Positions 59,418 to 64,000 of a stretch of 64,000 nt of DNA are shown piece by piece (position 1 is the stretch's first letter; every line of letters starts with the position of its first letter). A program made the position numbers and the translations under genes. Origin of the DNA: a virus. Taxonomy: Duplodnaviria; Caudoviricetes. The stretch covers positions 1-64,000 of the IMG/VR virus record IMGVR_UViG_3300028797_000128. One strand, 5' to 3'. The notes below the pieces were generated by a model that worked only from the letters and a program-made list of their open reading frames with translations, did not search any database and was not told where the DNA came from.

Positions 59418-61062
59418 AAGAATCAAGGCGTTAGCTGACGATACAGTGTTTGGTCGAAATATAGCCAACTACCATGACTTCATTAGCTTTTGTCGCTGGT
59501 ATCCTGATTTGATGTTTGATTTGCTTAAACCATCAAAGGGCGGAATAAATCTACATCTTGACCAAAGAATATTTTTAAGGTGTGATGTAAGATTTTTTAG
59601 TATGTATGGCGATTTTAGCCGAGGTTACGGAAAGACCTATGATGAGGTAATGGCGGCTGTTGCGGTTGCGTTATTGTACCCCAATATGTCTCTTGCAATT
59701 TCTGCACAGACTAAAGAGAACGCAGCAGATCTCTTAACTGATAAGTGGAATGAATTGACTAAGCACTTCCCTTTGTTGGTTAATGAGCTTTCGGACAAAC
59801 CAAAGTTTTCGAGGGGTATTGCTGTTATCAAATTCAAAAACGGTTCTGAGATTGATGCTATTGCAAATTCTCAATCAACTAAAGGTCAAAGACGTAGAAG
59901 GTTAAAAATTGAGGAATCTGCTTTACTTAATAATGCGTTGTTTGAAGATGCTCTTGCACCTGTTGTTGAAGTGCCACGTTTAACCGCTGGAAGATTAAGT
60001 GTTCCTGATCCTTGTGAATTAAATCAGCAAATACACTTCTTCACCACAGCGGGATTTAAAGGTAGCGACGAGCATACAAGAATTGTTACTATGGTTGACG
60101 AGATGGAAAACCTTAAAGGTAAGATTGTTCTTGGAGCGAGTTGGATGTTACCTTGTTGGTATGGGCGTGGTTCAAGCAAGAGTCAAATTCTAAACAAGAA
60201 GAAAAATATGTCTTTGGTTGCATTTGCACAAAACTATGAACAGGAATGGGTTGGTGCAAGTGACGGTGCGTTAGTGAATATTAATAGGCTTTTAAATTGC
60301 CGAGTAATTCCTCATGTTGTCCCAAACTGCAATAATGAAGATGAAGAATATTATATGGGCGTGGACGTTGCTCGTTCTCAAAAGACATCAAACAATCAAT
60401 CTTCTGTAGTTGTTGGTAGAGTTATACGCAATGCTGATAGATCAAGAATTGTGGCTGTTGATATAGTGAATATTATCAACATACCAAATATCTTAAATTT
60501 TTCGGCACAGGCAGTTAAGATAAAACAAATCCAAAAGGCGTATAACGCTAAGATGGTTGTTTGTGACGGAAACGGTCTTGGTGCGGGATTGATAGATTGT
60601 TTATTGATGGAGTCAATTGATCCAATCACTGGTGAAAGTTTAGGCTGTTGGGACACTATAAATGATGACAATGCTCCTGAAATACCCAACTCTCCGCAAA
60701 TTGTATATAACTTAAAAGCACAGTCTTGCCAAAACGAAGTTATCACTACGTTTATCGATTATGTTGATAGCGGGAAACTTAAACTTCTTGAACGTAGACT
60801 TGAAAATGATTTCACAGAAAAAGAATGGGAGAATCCAGACGACATGATTCGTCCGTTTGTTGAAACAGATGCTTTTATAGAAGAAGCTGCTAACTTAAAA
60901 ATGAAACACTTATCTAATGGTGGCATTACTATTGAGAAGGCTGTAAAGAAAATAGATAAAGACCGTGTTTCGGCTTTAATCTATATGCTTTGGTATGTAG
61001 AAAAATTTGCAAAGGATTTATCTATTGAGACTGAGTATTCAGTTGGAGTGTATGTAAATTAA
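59395..61062 (+). CDS. terL: terminase large subunit
   Basis: SRGYGKT, GQRR..IEES, GVDVAR, KDRVSA. Confidence 0.88.
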   Translation: MVMIMASERIKALADDTVFGRNIANYHDFISFCRWYPDLMFDLLKPSKGGINLHLDQRIFLRCDVRFFSMYGDFSRGYGKTYDEVMAAVAVALLYPNMSLAISAQTKENAADLLTDKWNELTKHFPLLVNELSDKPKFSRGIAVIKFKNGSEIDAIANSQSTKGQRRRRLKIEESALLNNALFEDALAPVVEVPRLTAGRLSVPDPCELNQQIHFFTTAGFKGSDEHTRIVTMVDEMENLKGKIVLGASWMLPCWYGRGSSKSQILNKKKNMSLVAFAQNYEQEWVGASDGALVNINRLLNCRVIPHVVPNCNNEDEEYYMGVDVARSQKTSNNQSSVVVGRVIRNADRSRIVAVDIVNIINIPNILNFSAQAVKIKQIQKAYNAKMVVCDGNGLGAGLIDCLLMESIDPITGESLGCWDTINDDNAPEIPNSPQIVYNLKAQSCQNEVITTFIDYVDSGKLKLLERRLENDFTEKEWENPDDMIRPFVETDAFIEEAANLKMKHLSNGGITIEKAVKKIDKDRVSALIYMLWYVEKFAKDLSIETEYSVGVYVN

Positions 61063-61078
61063 CAAGAATTTAGCCAGA

Positions 61079-61111
61079 AATCCCACTGGCTTTAGACGGT
61101 GGGTAGTTCAC
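61079..61111 (+). mobile_element. solo IS200/IS605 right-end hairpin
   Basis: CCCACTG-GCTTTAG-ACGGTGGG-TAGTTCAC resembles 41381-41411. Confidence 0.6.
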
Positions 61112-61130
61112 CAAGAAAGGAAGTGAGATA

Positions 61131-62702
61131 ATGTCAGAGAAAAAGGCAAATGAAGAAACTATAAACGAAACTAATGCTTATCATTTCTTTAGGGATGTAA
61201 CTACTGGAACTATGTTTACGGGGCTGTTGCATGATTATACTGCTGATCCATCACATCTGTTGTGGATTATTCAGCACCCTATGGACTTTAACAAAGAAAT
61301 CAGGGATATATCAAACCGCCTTTATTCAAGTAATGGTAACTTTAGAAACACAGTAGATTACATGAAGGCACTTCCTACTCTTGATTACGTTGTCACAAAT
61401 TATATTAAAGACAATGGTTCAAAGGCTCGTAAGGAGATTATAGAGTATGCGCTTGGTAAGATTAAGCATAAAGAGATTATAAGAGATGCCATTCACAAGG
61501 GCTGTGTTGACGGCATCGCTTTTTATTATCTTGTTGTTGGAGAGCGCAAACTTAGCAACAAGAAATCAGTGAGTTATTGGGACGTACATGATATTAGTGA
61601 GATTAATTCGTTGAAGCCAAAACTTTCAAAGATGAATCTGTCTGTTATTAATCTGCCAGTAGACTATTGTAGAATCATTGGCTTTAAAAACAATTCTTAT
61701 ATTGTGGCATTTGATCTTGAATATTTTAATGAGGGTGAGGAGACAAACGAGAGTAAGCTTCGCAAATACCCCAAAGAAATACAAGAAGCTTACAATAAAT
61801 GGCACAATGGAAAAGGTCAACAGGAAGTAGTTCTCGACAATACCAAAACTATGGTTTTCAAAATATCATCAAAGAGAGATGAGCCGTGGGGCAGACCACT
61901 TGTTTTAGCGGCAATTCTTGATATTCTTTATGGGGATTATTTTACTAATACTAAGCGTAAAACTCTTGATGAAGTTAATAACAAACTGGTGTACGAAACA
62001 TTCCCAGAAGGTAAAGCTACTGGCACATCTGCCTTGACTGATAAGCAGCAAAAGGAACAGCATGATGCAGTCAAGAGCGTTATTGCTACAAAGAATACAA
62101 GAGGTGCGACATCATTTGTATCTGTTGCGGCTGGCACAAAAATAAATGTTATTGATACAAGCACAGATATTTTTGATGATAAATATGAGAGCAAGCTCGA
62201 CGAAAAGATTGGAACGGATTTAGGATTTGCGGCTACATTGCTTAATGCAAGTGCTTCAAGTTCATATTCTGCGCAGCAAACCAATCTTGAACTTGTTACG
62301 GCTCAGATATTCAAGTGGATTGAAGAAATAACTGCGGAGTTAAATAAAGTGTTGAACTTCAATGTTCTTAATCTGAATTATATAGATGTAAAGGTAAACT
62401 ATTTACCTATTACGCATCTTAATAAACAACAGATGATTGGTTATGTGAAAGACTTATATTTACAAGGCAAAGGTAGCTTGACTCTATGGGCTTCGGCAGT
62501 TGGTATTTCGTCAGATGTATTTTATGCAATGCTTGATGAAGAATTAGAAGATGATATTGAGAATAAATATCCTGTCCATCAAACAAGTTATACGCAGTCA
62601 TCAAAAGATGCTGGCAGACCTACGGTTGATAATCCAACTAACGAAAATACGATTCAAAGCAAAACCAATAATTCAAACGGGCAACCAAAGCCCAATAGTT
62701 AA
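61131..62702 (+). CDS. portal protein
   Basis: follows terL; LP.DYC.I.G, C-terminal GRP; 523 aa. Confidence 0.75.
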   Translation: MSEKKANEETINETNAYHFFRDVTTGTMFTGLLHDYTADPSHLLWIIQHPMDFNKEIRDISNRLYSSNGNFRNTVDYMKALPTLDYVVTNYIKDNGSKARKEIIEYALGKIKHKEIIRDAIHKGCVDGIAFYYLVVGERKLSNKKSVSYWDVHDISEINSLKPKLSKMNLSVINLPVDYCRIIGFKNNSYIVAFDLEYFNEGEETNESKLRKYPKEIQEAYNKWHNGKGQQEVVLDNTKTMVFKISSKRDEPWGRPLVLAAILDILYGDYFTNTKRKTLDEVNNKLVYETFPEGKATGTSALTDKQQKEQHDAVKSVIATKNTRGATSFVSVAAGTKINVIDTSTDIFDDKYESKLDEKIGTDLGFAATLLNASASSSYSAQQTNLELVTAQIFKWIEEITAELNKVLNFNVLNLNYIDVKVNYLPITHLNKQQMIGYVKDLYLQGKGSLTLWASAVGISSDVFYAMLDEELEDDIENKYPVHQTSYTQSSKDAGRPTVDNPTNENTIQSKTNNSNGQPKPNS

Positions 62703-62760
62703 AATCTCTCCGTCGTAATGTCGGGGATTTTTTATATATTACGGAAGAAAGGAGGTAAGC

Positions 62761-63930
62761 ATGAAAAGTTTTGAACTTTCGTCTAAGAAACGAAAAGACG
62801 GCAAGAGGAGATTTACTGCGCTTCTTTACAAGTTGCAACCTCCCGAATCCGTAGTCAACAATGTCGGCACAGACGGGCATTGGAATGAAAATGGCATAAC
62901 TTTTATTGAAGAATATGCCGCACAGAATCTTGAATCTATAAAGGATATGAGTATGACTTGTGATTTTATAGATGCGGATAAAACAGAAGTTTCAGGACAT
63001 GGGGAAACTGGTGAAATCACAGATGACGGTTTACCTAAGTTTGAAGCGGATATAATTGGTCATTTTACAGAGGGTTTTATTGCAGAGTTTGACGATAATG
63101 GAACTACAAGCAAAGCTGTATTTGGCAAGGGTGTTATTGATGAAATGCGCCATGCTGATTTTGTAGCTCAAATTGAAACCAATATGGCAAATGGCATTGC
63201 TCCAAGCGGTAGTATTGAAATACTACATCCCGAAGATAGTGATAGCATCATTTATCTTAATGGCAAATTCGAGCAAGGTCGTGTGCCTGTAAAGTATGTT
63301 CACAGTGGTTTTTCTTTAGTATCAAATCCTGCGGATAAAGCTTCTAAGATGATTGAACTGAATAATAAACGAGAAAGTGAGGATGAGACAATGGATGAGA
63401 AAACAATTAATCTGATTTGTGATTCTGTAAAGAACGCAGTATCAGAAACAAATTCAAAGAATGCCGAGTACGAAGCAACAATCTCTGAACTTAATACTTC
63501 TGTTGCCGATAAGGATAATCAGATAGCAGAACTTAACGCTTCTGTTGATTCACTTAAAAAGGCTATTGCAGATATGGAGGTAGAGCGTGACGCTTGGTGG
63601 GCTGAAAGAGATTCGCTTCAGAAACAGCTTGGCGAGGCTCTTGCTGCTCAGAGACTTGGTGAACTCAATTCTGCTATTGAAGGTTTTACTGATGAGCAGA
63701 AGGCTTTCGCAAAGGATGAGATTGAGGCGTTCAAGGCTGATCCTATGAACGGTGAAATCAATTCTATCACAGATAAGATTTATCGTGAGATAGGCAGAAC
63801 TGCACTTGAGAGTGCAAAGGTTGTTGAAACAAATTCTGTTGATGACACAACAGATATTTTTGGCGAAATCAATTCAACAAATGCAAACACCGATGGCGAA
63901 GATATAGACATTTTCGCAACTGTACTTTAA
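62761..63930 (+). CDS. head scaffold / prohead protease-like protein (YonD-like)
   Basis: WNENG, SIEI, PAD, coiled-coil C-terminus. Confidence 0.6.
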   Translation: MKSFELSSKKRKDGKRRFTALLYKLQPPESVVNNVGTDGHWNENGITFIEEYAAQNLESIKDMSMTCDFIDADKTEVSGHGETGEITDDGLPKFEADIIGHFTEGFIAEFDDNGTTSKAVFGKGVIDEMRHADFVAQIETNMANGIAPSGSIEILHPEDSDSIIYLNGKFEQGRVPVKYVHSGFSLVSNPADKASKMIELNNKRESEDETMDEKTINLICDSVKNAVSETNSKNAEYEATISELNTSVADKDNQIAELNASVDSLKKAIADMEVERDAWWAERDSLQKQLGEALAAQRLGELNSAIEGFTDEQKAFAKDEIEAFKADPMNGEINSITDKIYREIGRTALESAKVVETNSVDDTTDIFGEINSTNANTDGEDIDIFATVL

Positions 63931-63952
63931 TTGAGAAAGGAAGGGTAATATT

Positions 63953-64000
63953 ATGGTAAGATTTCATTCTGTAGAGGAAATTGAGCACTCTGCTCATAGC
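63953..64000 (+). CDS. start of next head gene (truncated by window)
   Basis: RBS AAAGGA, ATG 63953. Confidence 0.5.
   Translation, partial: MVRFHSVEEIEHSAHS

Noticed and set aside
1-64000. CRISPR array, reverse transcriptase/DGR, alternative genetic code
   Set aside because: No repeat-spacer array or RT motif seen; long genes read normally in code 11.
1-64000. Apparent scarcity of GGCC, GGNCC and CCWGG
   Set aside because: Impression only; needs a k-mer observed/expected computation.

Overview
A 64-kb segment of a large SPbeta-like temperate Firmicutes phage, probably infecting Ruminococcus (it encodes a dockerin). The left arm (minus strand, 1-36 kb) holds DNA modification and replication genes (split C5 methyltransferase, PAPS-reductase-like protein, DnaE, primase-helicase, exonuclease, SSB, SSAP, second C5 MTase), two tRNAs, a lysogeny/regulatory block and many small early genes. 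After a ~1.1-kb non-coding strand switch, the right arm (plus strand) holds an SF2 helicase-like protein, two TnpB genes, a YonO-like RNA polymerase, ClpP, a beta-CASP nuclease, homing endonucleases, tRNA-Met, a tyrosine recombinase, terminase, portal and head genes. Most striking: (1) the C5 MTase at 1-2607 is split into a catalytic N-subunit, a C-subunit and at least nine target-recognition-domain (TRD) minigenes. Eight carry a G6/G7 tract, and seven of those are out of frame but all restored at G8, suggesting a combinatorial phase-variable methylation system. (2) ATAAAA-N6-TTTTAT-like palindromes lie at about 18 gene junctions, often containing the stop codon, and also end a tyrosine recombinase gene, suggesting a gene-cassette system. 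(3) CGGAAA is strongly strand-polarised in the early region. All calls come from manual motif reading; no database searches were run.
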